A stretch of 64,000 nt of DNA from Deltaproteobacteria bacterium (GCA_029860075.1 JAOUBX010000011.1:11031-75030); one strand, 5' to 3'; positions 50,276-59,735 are shown, numbered from the stretch's first letter. A program made the numbers and translations. The notes: generated by a model from the sequence alone, not told the origin.

Positions 50276-51403
50276 CTAATTCTTTTTATTGAGCCAGTCT
50301 TCGATCACAGGATATTCCTGCGGGATCTTGGGTGGATCAATTTTTCCAGGTTGTTTAGGACTGCTTAAACTCTCCAGGAAGGCAACGAGTTGCTTTTTCT
50401 CGCCGGAGCTGAGTCCTAACTTCTTAAGTTCCCTTGCTAGAGGATCATCATGCCCGCCACCGTTATTGTAGAATTCAACAACATCCTTCAATGACTTAAT
50501 GGTGCCGTTATGCATGTAAGGAGCGGTGTACTTGAGTTCCCTCAGCGTAGGGGTAATGAACTTTCCTACGTCAGCATATTTTTTGCTGGTAAAGAAATAA
50601 CCCACGTCTCTTCTCCACTGTCCCCCTTTGGGAACACCGTATGTGGTCAGAACCGCACGGTAGGTGGCATGCCTGACGGCATTTTTGAACACTTCGAGGT
50701 TCTCGGCAACACCCGTATTATGCGGTTTGCCATCTGAAAAGTAGGAGCCGTTGTGGCACTTGATGCAGCCTGCCTTACCTTTGAAGAGCTTCATACCGGC
50801 CTTGGCATCTTTTGACATATTACCTTTGTCGAAAGGTGCGTCACCGGTGGAAACAAGCGTTTCCACATAGGCGATCAATGCTTTCCTTGCCTTACCGGAA
50901 GAGCACTCACCGTTGAAGTTTTCCTTACACATTTTCACGTAAGTAGGATCCTGTTTCATCCGCTCATGAAGTATTCTCATGTCCAGGTTCAGGATAGTCG
51001 TTTCAGTGATCTGGTCCCTCATCACATCGTTCAGGCTGGAACCCATGCGGCCGTCCCATCCCCATCCCACATCCGAGAAGCCACTCTTATAAACGACATT
51101 TAAAAGCGTTGCCGAATTCCTGAAATAATCGGAACCGGGATATGCCTTTGACAGTGGCTGTCCATCACCGAAACCCTTTCTCGGATCGTGGCACGTAGCA
51201 CAGCTGATAGCGCCATCACCGGAAATCCTCGCGTCATAGAAAAGCCGCTTGCCCATTTCAACCATGGACGCCTTAGGGGCTTTCCTTTTCGGCAGGGGTC
51301 CGATGTCTTCACCGGCCATAGCTACCGTGGGAGCAGCAATGAAAAGAGTCACTGCACCCAACAGAGCGAGACCGGACATGGCTAAGATCTTTTTCTTCCC
51401 CAT
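50276..51403 (-). CDS. Diheme cytochrome c peroxidase/MauG family protein (IdrP-like)
   Basis: Signal peptide, CATCH, WDGR, CIKCHNG, TPTLRE, TAPYMHNG. Confidence 0.92.
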   Translation of the reverse strand: MGKKKILAMSGLALLGAVTLFIAAPTVAMAGEDIGPLPKRKAPKASMVEMGKRLFYDARISGDGAISCATCHDPRKGFGDGQPLSKAYPGSDYFRNSATLLNVVYKSGFSDVGWGWDGRMGSSLNDVMRDQITETTILNLDMRILHERMKQDPTYVKMCKENFNGECSSGKARKALIAYVETLVSTGDAPFDKGNMSKDAKAGMKLFKGKAGCIKCHNGSYFSDGKPHNTGVAENLEVFKNAVRHATYRAVLTTYGVPKGGQWRRDVGYFFTSKKYADVGKFITPTLRELKYTAPYMHNGTIKSLKDVVEFYNNGGGHDDPLARELKKLGLSSGEKKQLVAFLESLSSPKQPGKIDPPKIPQEYPVIEDWLNKKN

Positions 51404-51421
51404 GTCTTACACCTCCATATT

Positions 51422-52201
51422 TTATTGTTTGCTAAATTCAAAGTTTGACTCGACTTTACCCTTTGCAGGCACGGTTACCTTGGTCTTCTGAACACCGAGC
51501 TTGGGGTGCCATGCCTTTAAAGTATATTCACCGGGCGGAACGTTATCAATTTTATAGGTCCCGTCGGCATTAACCACAACAGCATAGGGATGCTCAGGAG
51601 CCAGCATGAAACCGAACATGAAGTTATGGGCCTCACAGTTGAGCGATATATAGGAAGAACGTCTCGGCTTGAGCGCTTTCTCAATATCACCCTTATCAGG
51701 CTGACCGAAGTTAAAGAGCGTCCTTTTAATAGGTTTTCTTCCTTTTTTCTCGACTCCGATCATTTCACGCATATTGATGTTATGGAGTACGGAATCACTA
51801 TTCCTGATAGTAACGTTCCCCCGTTTAACTACCTGAGCCCAGGGAGTAAAACGACAGTCTTTCTGGTCGACGATATATTTGCCGCTTTTGGGAGCCGACC
51901 ACTTTTTCCCTTTTTTAACCTTGTCTAAAAAGACAAATGTCCCTCTAAGTGCGTTGCCCTTGATATCGACCCATACAACCTCACGGTAACCTTCACCGCA
52001 TATTTCAGGGTTTTTTGTAATGGATATCTTCTCCACTGCATTGTCAGGAGCAGCCCCTTTAAAGGAGACTTTACCTGATACACTGCCGCCATCACTGACG
52101 TCACCCTCTTTGTAAGCGGCATGACCTGCCATGGGCACGGCAATCATAAGGGCCGTCAAAAGTGCTGAAAGCTCAAATTTTATACCCCATTTCACTTGCA
52201 T
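51422..52201 (-). CDS. Exported cupredoxin-like protein with carboxypeptidase-regulatory-like beta domain
   Basis: Signal peptide, NSDSVLHN, CEAHNFM (C-x2-H-x2-M), VPPGEYTLKAWH. Confidence 0.78.
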   Translation of the reverse strand: MQVKWGIKFELSALLTALMIAVPMAGHAAYKEGDVSDGGSVSGKVSFKGAAPDNAVEKISITKNPEICGEGYREVVWVDIKGNALRGTFVFLDKVKKGKKWSAPKSGKYIVDQKDCRFTPWAQVVKRGNVTIRNSDSVLHNINMREMIGVEKKGRKPIKRTLFNFGQPDKGDIEKALKPRRSSYISLNCEAHNFMFGFMLAPEHPYAVVVNADGTYKIDNVPPGEYTLKAWHPKLGVQKTKVTVPAKGKVESNFEFSKQ

Positions 52202-52264
52202 ACCTCCTATGCTGTTACATTAAGTCTAAACATGGCGGGCCTTAGCCCGCCATAGATCGACTGA

Positions 52265-53359
52265 TTAGAATTTAACGTTCAGGTTAACCTGAATCCTTGT
52301 ACGGTCATCTGTCAGGATCGCATCTTCTTCAACATACGTTGCACCTTTAGTCGTTAAACCGGCAATAGTGTAAGTACCATCAGCGTTATCTGTTACTTTT
52401 TCCTTGGGCTCCATATCATAGTAGCGAATATCCAGGGATACTTTGCTAGCCAATTTGAAATCGGCCTGAACGCGGATACCATCGAAGTTACTCACACCGC
52501 TGCCTCCCGGATTGGGGAAGTTGTCCTGAGACGCCATACCATCGTATGGAGCGGCAAATGCCCCGACAGAGTAGCTGTAAATCCTGAATCCGAGCCAATC
52601 GGTAGCCTTAATCCTGGCCTGGGCAACGATAGCCGTCTCTTCTTCGTCTGCATCAGATTGGATGTAGTCAACAGCAACTCTCCAGATTCCACCTTTAAGC
52701 TGTGCACTGGCAGTGCTGTGGCTTTCAGCCTGCAATGCATCGCCCTCATTGGCAATAGAGACAGCCCCAAGAGCCGCCTTCAGCTTAAGCCCTCCAAAGC
52801 CTTGACCGTAAACTACCTGAGCCGTTGTATAGATTTCGTCATCATTAGGATTATCAGGTGTCCATCCAGCCTCAGTAGCAATAAAATAACCGGCATGAAA
52901 ACCAACGGGGCCAGCTTTGTAGCCCAGTTGTATACCCTCATGTTGCAAATCCCCATCAAACACAACCTCTGTAGTGGCCCAGTATTTAGCCGCTGCCTTA
53001 CCGAAAATAGCATTAAAATCAGCTACCTTGTAAGAAATGTATGCCTGGTCAAGGCCAAAGCTGTCACTGCCGCCGTCTCCAAGCGTCTGGTGAGGCGAAT
53101 TTGCAGAACCTGCCTTGGTAGCGAGACGAATCTTGAGGCCCCAGTTTTCATCAACAGTGTACTTGGCGCCAATACGTGCACGAATACGATGACGATCACG
53201 CTCCTCTTTTGTAGTATGATCCCTGTCATCCTGCTCATACCTGTAACGTACATCACCGAAAAGCGAAAGATTGTCCCCAACCTCAACGCCCGCATAAGCA
53301 GGTAACGATGAGAACCCAAACATTAAAGCCATTAATAAAACAAAAAATCTTTTAATCAT
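52265..53359 (-). CDS. Putative outer-membrane porin
   Basis: Signal peptide, GDVRYRYE, RHRIRARIG, LDQAY, alternating beta pattern, C-terminal Phe. Confidence 0.88.
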   Translation of the reverse strand: MIKRFFVLLMALMFGFSSLPAYAGVEVGDNLSLFGDVRYRYEQDDRDHTTKEERDRHRIRARIGAKYTVDENWGLKIRLATKAGSANSPHQTLGDGGSDSFGLDQAYISYKVADFNAIFGKAAAKYWATTEVVFDGDLQHEGIQLGYKAGPVGFHAGYFIATEAGWTPDNPNDDEIYTTAQVVYGQGFGGLKLKAALGAVSIANEGDALQAESHSTASAQLKGGIWRVAVDYIQSDADEEETAIVAQARIKATDWLGFRIYSYSVGAFAAPYDGMASQDNFPNPGGSGVSNFDGIRVQADFKLASKVSLDIRYYDMEPKEKVTDNADGTYTIAGLTTKGATYVEEDAILTDDRTRIQVNLNVKF

Positions 53360-53612
53360 TTATAAACTCCTTTCATGAAATTGACTTAATCCCACACCCC
53401 GAAATCGAAATTAATCTTTCTTTATCACCTCCTTTTCTCAATTCCCGGCAGTTACATGTCCCTTTAGTTTCTTCAATGAGGAGGGGAATGCATTCTCTAC
53501 CTTCACGCCCCGGTGATTACAACAAGGCGTTTTTTTATTCACATATTTCACATTTAAAAAGATGATTAACAGATGAATCAAGTAAATCTGTCATTTAATC
53601 ATGAGTGGTAAT

Positions 53613-53628
53613 AGCAACAGACATGCCA
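53613..53628 (-). promoter_or_regulatory. Sigma54 promoter of the porin-cupredoxin-P-P-B-A operon
   Basis: TGGCATGTCTGTTGCT (GG-N10-GC). Confidence 0.8.
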
Positions 53629-53692
53629 CACTTTTTTTCCTCATAATTTCAGGAACTTAATCAGTTTATGAATGGCGATAATGCTTGAGTGT

Positions 53693-53730
53693 GGTTGGAT
53701 GTTTACCAATAAGCCGGTAACCTTATTACC
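53693..53730. promoter_or_regulatory. Pair of putative enhancer (UAS) palindromes
   Basis: GGTTG-gatgt-TTACC (53693-53707) and GGTAA-cctta-TTACC (53716-53730). Confidence 0.7.
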
Positions 53731-53865
53731 AGTTAAAAGCATAGTATACAAATGATATCATTGTATAGCAGAAGAGGAAGTGGCGAGTCTTAAAATAATT
53801 ATTCCCCGGACAAGGGGGCGAATTGATTCGCTGATTTGAGCAGGTATAATCAAAGGTTCCCTTAA

Positions 53866-55230
53866 CTATTTATGAAGACCATACTTCTTGAGCTTGTCCC
53901 GCAGGGTCAACCTCGATATACCGAGTAATTTGGCTGCCTTCGTTTTATTTCCACCCAGCATTTTGTGAACTTTAATAATATGATACTTTTCAACGTCTTC
54001 CAGTGTCATTTCATGGCTCTCACCCTGGGGCGCCGCTAAAGCATTTTCTCCGGCAGAAAGCAATTCACGGGGAAGTGAATCAATATCAATAGTCTCTCCT
54101 TTCGCGAGAATAACAGCCCGCTCCATAACATTTTTAAGTTCTCGTATGTTTCCCGGCCAGGAATAATTAAGAATCATATCTTTCGCTGCCCTGGAAATGC
54201 CCTTTATATTTTTTCCGAATACGGGATTATTCAAATCGATGAAATATTCAGCCAGAAAATGAACATCCTTTCTCCGCTCTCTCAAAGGAGGAAGCTCAAC
54301 AACCATGACTTTTAAGCGATAGTAAAGATCTTCCCTGAATTCGTTTTTCTTTACCATCCTTTCAAGATTCCTGTTTGTTGCTGCAATCACTCTCACATCA
54401 ACCGAGATATCACGTGTTCCCCCCAATTTTCTGAATGTCTGATATTCCAGAACCTGCAGCAATTTTGACTGCAGGTTAATGTCCATCTCTCCCATCTCAT
54501 CAAGAAAGATCGTTCCTCCATCGGCCAGTTCGAAAAGGCCTTTTTTGCTCTGCCTTGCATCGGTAAAGGCCCCTTTTTCATAACCAAAAAGTTCACTTTC
54601 AAGGAGGTTTTCCGGAATAGCGCTACAGTTAATTTTGATATAAGCATTATCCCTTCGTTCACTGTTGCAATGAATGGAATTAGCTACAAGCTCTTTGCCG
54701 GTGCCCGTCTCACCCATAATAAGAACAGATGTTTTCGGTGTCCCCGATACTATCTGAATAAATTCCCTCACAAGTTCAAAGGCAGGACTTTCTCCCACCA
54801 TATCGGGAGCGCCGAGGTCCTTCCGTTCATAGCGGCGCAACTCCACTTCCGATTTGAGCTGTCTGTTTTCCGTCGCCTTATCGACGAGAAGCTTTAACTC
54901 ATCCAGTTCAAAAGGCTTGTTTATATAATCATAAGCGCCTTCTTTCATTGCCAAAATGGCAGTTTTAACATCGGGGTAGGCTGTCATGACAATGACAGTC
55001 GTATCATCATCAAAAGACCTGAGTTCTTTCAAGACATCCAAACCGGACCTGTCGGGCAACCTCACATCGAGAAGAGCAATATCAACCTTCTGGCTTTTAA
55101 ATATCTCCAGGGCGCTGCCGGCCCTTTCCGCCGTAAGCACTCTGAAATCACGACGAACAAAGACCTCGGAAAGGGTTTTTCTCATTGTCTCTTCATCTTC
55201 TACAATTAACATGGATTGTTTCATAAGCAC
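53866..55230 (-). CDS. NtrC/AtoC-family sigma54-dependent response regulator
   Basis: Receiver (LLD, KP), GETGTGKE, ESELFG, GAFTDA, WPGNIREL, Fis-type HTH. Confidence 0.96.
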   Translation of the reverse strand: MLMKQSMLIVEDEETMRKTLSEVFVRRDFRVLTAERAGSALEIFKSQKVDIALLDVRLPDRSGLDVLKELRSFDDDTTVIVMTAYPDVKTAILAMKEGAYDYINKPFELDELKLLVDKATENRQLKSEVELRRYERKDLGAPDMVGESPAFELVREFIQIVSGTPKTSVLIMGETGTGKELVANSIHCNSERRDNAYIKINCSAIPENLLESELFGYEKGAFTDARQSKKGLFELADGGTIFLDEMGEMDINLQSKLLQVLEYQTFRKLGGTRDISVDVRVIAATNRNLERMVKKNEFREDLYYRLKVMVVELPPLRERRKDVHFLAEYFIDLNNPVFGKNIKGISRAAKDMILNYSWPGNIRELKNVMERAVILAKGETIDIDSLPRELLSAGENALAAPQGESHEMTLEDVEKYHIIKVHKMLGGNKTKAAKLLGISRLTLRDKLKKYGLHK

Positions 55231-55248
55231 CTTTTTATATTTAAAATA

Positions 55249-57594
55249 CTATTCTATGTGGTTCACTGGAAATAACAGGTCAAATGTTGTGCCTTGACCA
55301 AGAATACTTTTAACTCTGATATCGCCTCCATGCTCTTCGAGAATTCGATGAACGATGGAAAGGCCAAGGCCCGTTCCATCAGATTTTGTAGTAAAAAAAG
55401 GATCAAAGACCTTACTCATATCTTCAGATGAAATCCCTTTCCCCGAATCTGCAACGGAAACCTTGAGCAGATCACCCTCTCTCTCTTCATTATTAATGAC
55501 GATGCTTCCGCCGGAGGGCATGGCGTGAATGGCATTGACAAAGAGATTGACAAAAACCTGTTTGAGCAGGTCCTCGCTTATCAATACCTCTGCCGGTTCA
55601 CTTTGCCGCTCATCTATAATGGCAATATCATTCTTCTCAGCCTCTTTTTCAATCATAAACAACACTTCATCCAGTACATAATCGATGTCACAGCTTCCAA
55701 TCTTCATGCTCACCCCGGGGTGGGCAAAGGTAGAAAATGTCTTGATAAAAAGGTTTAACCTGTCTATCTCTCTTAATATCCTGTCAATATACTCTTCCTG
55801 CTCCCCGCGAAAGGGGGCCACCTCTTCCATTGACTGGATCACTGTTTTGATTGCGGCAAGGGGGTTTCCGATTTCATGAGCAATCCCGGCAGAAAGTTCA
55901 CCAATAGTTACAAGCTTATCGGCATGAAGGAGCTGTCTTTCCATCATTATCGTTTCATCGATAAGGCGTTGACGTTCACTGACATCACGAACAACCATCA
56001 TCGATCCATAGCGTTTGCCTTCAAATGCAACAACAGCTGCACTGATCTCCAACTGCTGGGAACCGACAGTCATGGAAACCGTACTTGAGGGAACCGGTGA
56101 TTGCCCCGACAAAAGCGCCCTGATTTTGTCGGGGTTCTTGTGGCATCCCATGATAGATTGGCCTATCTTGCCGTCCTTTTTTACACCGAGGATTGCTTCG
56201 GCAGCAGGATTCATAATGAGAATATTATCTTCTTCATCAGCCACAATAATTCCTTCACTGGCACACATAAGAACACTTTCAAACTTGTTTTTCTCAAGTT
56301 CCAGTTCCTTCGTTCTCTCAGCTACTTCATCTTTAAGCGACTCATTCCAGTTAAGAAGCTTGTTTCTCGATTCCTTAAGAGTAGAGGTCATGTTGTTGAA
56401 CTGCTCCGCCAGCATCTCTATTTCATCACCTGTCTTGATATTGATTTTATGATCAAAATCACCCTCTGAGATGCTTTCAACGCCCCGGTGAAGCATAACA
56501 ATCGGTTTGGCAAAGCGCCTTGCCAGCCAGATACCCACAATAGAAACGGTAAGAATGGTAACAGCGCCTATCATCATATTCGTCTTTATAAGAGACGACA
56601 CGGAGGCAAAAATATTCTTCCTGGGATAAGCCATAGCCAGAACCCAGTAATCTTTCGAAGTCTTGTCACCGGTAAAAATGGGATGATAGGAAATAATCTC
56701 CTGCTCCGTTCTGACTGTACCGGGACTTCCCGACAAGAGATGGGCAACCACATTCTCTGAAAAGTCCCCGCTCAAATCATTGATTGATCCAATTTTAAAA
56801 GATCTGCTGTCAAGTTTAAGACTATTAATATGGGAAAGATAAAAGTGGTCTTTATTAACGAGAAAGGTCGTCCCCCCCTTGGTAATATCTGTCTTTTGAA
56901 TCTGGTTAATCAAATAGCTGGCAAAAAGATTGATAACGACAATCCCTTTTCTTTCCCGCTTGCTGTTAAAAACAGGCGTTGCCACCCTGACAACCGGTTT
57001 TTCAGGGAGTTCTATGACTCCGCGCTCAATGTTAAGATCCATGGGAGAAACGTAGCACTCCTCCGCCCAATAACTCATTGTTTTCTTAAAATAATAGCGG
57101 TCTCCCTTGAACTGGAGTTTTTCACGCGTGACAGCTTCCGCTTCATCACCCTGGTTATTGACCCTGACCAGTTCAAAGCCATTTTCGTCAATATAGCGAA
57201 TCTGATCATAATAAGGCCTTGTCTGGGCGATAATAAGAAAAGCCTTTTCCAGACGGTTTCTGAGTCTATGAAAGACTGATTTATATTCACCTTCCCCTAA
57301 ATCAACCATATCCCGCATAGCTACAGTTTTACTCAAGTACTGCACATCACGGTGTATCGTTTTCAGGAATTGCTCCGAATCATGCGCTTTAGAGGAAAGC
57401 TCAAATTCAAGGTGGCGAAGCGTTGCGTCTTCAAGAATATAAGTCGAATACTTTTCTCCGGAGATACCGGCCAGATAGGAAGGAACAATCGCAAAAAGCA
57501 GGAGGATGATAATCAGTTTCCTCCTGATGCCGAAAGGCTTTATTAACAGTTTTTTTAAATTCATTGCATTGCTAAATTCTTGATCTTTCAACAT
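55249..57594 (-). CDS. Sensor histidine kinase (Cache-like, HAMP, PAS, HisKA, HATPase)
   Basis: Two TM flanking a periplasmic domain (KGDRYYF, VSPMDLN), DEIEMLAEQFN, AHEIGNPL, DSGKGI, FFTTK, GTGLGL. Confidence 0.95.
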   Translation of the reverse strand: MLKDQEFSNAMNLKKLLIKPFGIRRKLIIILLLFAIVPSYLAGISGEKYSTYILEDATLRHLEFELSSKAHDSEQFLKTIHRDVQYLSKTVAMRDMVDLGEGEYKSVFHRLRNRLEKAFLIIAQTRPYYDQIRYIDENGFELVRVNNQGDEAEAVTREKLQFKGDRYYFKKTMSYWAEECYVSPMDLNIERGVIELPEKPVVRVATPVFNSKRERKGIVVINLFASYLINQIQKTDITKGGTTFLVNKDHFYLSHINSLKLDSRSFKIGSINDLSGDFSENVVAHLLSGSPGTVRTEQEIISYHPIFTGDKTSKDYWVLAMAYPRKNIFASVSSLIKTNMMIGAVTILTVSIVGIWLARRFAKPIVMLHRGVESISEGDFDHKINIKTGDEIEMLAEQFNNMTSTLKESRNKLLNWNESLKDEVAERTKELELEKNKFESVLMCASEGIIVADEEDNILIMNPAAEAILGVKKDGKIGQSIMGCHKNPDKIRALLSGQSPVPSSTVSMTVGSQQLEISAAVVAFEGKRYGSMMVVRDVSERQRLIDETIMMERQLLHADKLVTIGELSAGIAHEIGNPLAAIKTVIQSMEEVAPFRGEQEEYIDRILREIDRLNLFIKTFSTFAHPGVSMKIGSCDIDYVLDEVLFMIEKEAEKNDIAIIDERQSEPAEVLISEDLLKQVFVNLFVNAIHAMPSGGSIVINNEEREGDLLKVSVADSGKGISSEDMSKVFDPFFTTKSDGTGLGLSIVHRILEEHGGDIRVKSILGQGTTFDLLFPVNHIE

Positions 57595-57672
57595 GCGCCA
57601 GCGCTATTTATTAATAAGAATTTCAGGTTCTTTAAGAATGGCTTGACAGGCAAAACCGGACCACGGAGAGAG

Positions 57673-59472
57673 TTAACGGTCCATATGACCGGACATTTGG
57701 GCCTGCATCTTTTCTCTTGCCTCTACCAGACCCGCTTCCACCACCTCTTGATCAACATTTTTTATGCCCTTTAAACCGGCATACCCTTCAACACTCTTTC
57801 TCGCTGCATCACGCATAAAGCCCTCAGGTACACGCGCCAACCGCTTAAGGGCGCACTCTGTCCACTGAAGATTATCACCTGGCTCGACGCTGTCCTCACC
57901 TCTCGCTTCAAGTACCATCTCTTTAGAAATGACACTTAAATGCCTCACATGGGCCTGTTTTTCCAGCTTTAAACGTATCTGTTTTTTTTCCGCCTCATTA
58001 CCGATCTCCTGGAGGAGACAATGTGCTTCTGCGGTCCAGTTCAATTTACGGCCATCAAAGGTCTCACCGGCAATGGATCCTTCATCTCCCGTCCCGTCAT
58101 CGCGGGAAGCCTCTATTATTTTAAAGGTTTCCCCCCCTTTGGCGCAGACAGGACATACCTTGGGGCGCACCTCATGATGGACGTATTTACAGGCGGGACA
58201 CTCAAAAGAAAGAGAAAACGTTTTATATTCTTCCATTGTTTCCTCCTGCGGGCCGTCATCAAAGTTTATTCCCATGACCCTTATTGCTTCCGGTGGCAAA
58301 AGCTTTCTAACAGCATTATCGACAACGCCGGCAGTAATCATCGTATACCCTTCCGCAACGGCGTGCTGCTGAATAGCCTTCATAGCCACGCCTTTGGCCA
58401 TTGCCGGCACGGTCTCCATTTTAGCCTTCGCTTCTTTTGTCCACATGATAGTCTCATCGGCCTGATATTCCAGGGGCGGTTCAAACTTTGTTTCCGTCAG
58501 CAGAATGTTGCAGGGAGCCATACGCAGAATATTTTCCGCATTACTTCCAAGATCAATATCATCATCATTGTGAATCCCCGTCCGACCGAGGATGAGCAGC
58601 CAGGGCCGGTCTTTATTCACATACTCCAAAACCTTTTGCCAGGCCTTGCCGTCAAGCAAGGTTGTTTCTATTTTATGGCCATTATCATCTGCAATTCGTC
58701 CGGCAATATCGAGATTCCCCTGGTAAACCTTTGCCAGTCCCGAATCAATAATATCTTCATGCAGCTTTTCCTGCTCCTCAAACTTAAAAACTTCTTTCGC
58801 CTTTTCCGTTAATACCTCTTTTAGAGAATCAAACATGACGTAATGGTAATAGGGATCAAAGGCAGAAACCGCTTTTACCTTCTTGTTAAATTTATTAGCC
58901 AGATCAAGGGCGACTTTTAAAGCACCATAGGAGCGCTCACTCCCATCGAGACAAACGACAATGGTATCACTTTGATACTCGCTATTTTCTTTAACGATGA
59001 GCACATCCCGTTTGACTCTTCTTGTTACCCGGTCTGCCACAGAACCTAAGATTGCTCCCGGCACTCTGCCAAGACCATGAGCGCCCATAACGACCAGATC
59101 GTAGTTATTTTCCTCGATATCACGAACAAGTTCCTGCCAGTTTTTTCCCTCCAGCGAGACACCCTCAAATTGGAGACCAATCTTTGCACAACTTTTCGCC
59201 ATGACGCCTAAATAGGAATCCGTAATAAGCTCCAGGCCCTTGGTAATAAGCGAATCATGAATCTTTCGCTGCCTTTCCAGCCGGCTTTCTTCATGAAACT
59301 GCGCAGGAAGTCCGCTTTCCATCGTCTTAAAACGTTTATCATGCAGTTTGGCTGCATAAACGTGACTTCCCGTTAAACGTGATTTATTCATCCCTCCAAC
59401 TTTAAGGGCCAGGTCGACAGCGGCATTTGACAGATCGGAGTTATCAACAGGAACATAGATATTTTTATACAT
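57673..59472 (-). CDS. Tandem-USP protein with three PCP_red-like repeats and a rubredoxin-like motif
   Basis: IYVPVDNS...MGAHG...GSV, second USP LDGS...GRTG...GSN, three WT.EA/CA repeats, CPAC-x9-CPVC. Confidence 0.85.
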   Translation of the reverse strand: MYKNIYVPVDNSDLSNAAVDLALKVGGMNKSRLTGSHVYAAKLHDKRFKTMESGLPAQFHEESRLERQRKIHDSLITKGLELITDSYLGVMAKSCAKIGLQFEGVSLEGKNWQELVRDIEENNYDLVVMGAHGLGRVPGAILGSVADRVTRRVKRDVLIVKENSEYQSDTIVVCLDGSERSYGALKVALDLANKFNKKVKAVSAFDPYYHYVMFDSLKEVLTEKAKEVFKFEEQEKLHEDIIDSGLAKVYQGNLDIAGRIADDNGHKIETTLLDGKAWQKVLEYVNKDRPWLLILGRTGIHNDDDIDLGSNAENILRMAPCNILLTETKFEPPLEYQADETIMWTKEAKAKMETVPAMAKGVAMKAIQQHAVAEGYTMITAGVVDNAVRKLLPPEAIRVMGINFDDGPQEETMEEYKTFSLSFECPACKYVHHEVRPKVCPVCAKGGETFKIIEASRDDGTGDEGSIAGETFDGRKLNWTAEAHCLLQEIGNEAEKKQIRLKLEKQAHVRHLSVISKEMVLEARGEDSVEPGDNLQWTECALKRLARVPEGFMRDAARKSVEGYAGLKGIKNVDQEVVEAGLVEAREKMQAQMSGHMDR

Positions 59473-59529
59473 AAGGCGTCCTTTATAAAGTTATATTCAG
59501 GGTAAAAGCCCATTAACGGGGAAAGATCT

Positions 59530-59545
59530 ATCAAAAAACATACCG
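59530..59545 (-). promoter_or_regulatory. Degenerate sigma54-type promoter of the USP gene
   Basis: CGGTATGTTTTTTGAT (GG-N10-GA). Confidence 0.45.
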
Positions 59546-59687
59546 TTATATAAAATCATGAAAAGAATTTATAATTGCAGGAAGGCATTAACAGATAAAC
59601 AGCAATAAAAACTTTGAAAATTAATTTTTTATCTCATAGCAAAGAAGAGCCTTTCCTTACGGTAACTGCTATAAGAACAGAATTATC

Positions 59688-59735
59688 GGTAAATATCTTA
59701 CCACACCCCCCTGCCCTACTGGTAGTTTTTTTACC
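59688..59735. promoter_or_regulatory. Pair of putative enhancer (UAS) palindromes
   Basis: GGTAA-atatc-TTACC (59688-59702) and GGTAG-ttttt-TTACC (59721-59735). Confidence 0.7.
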
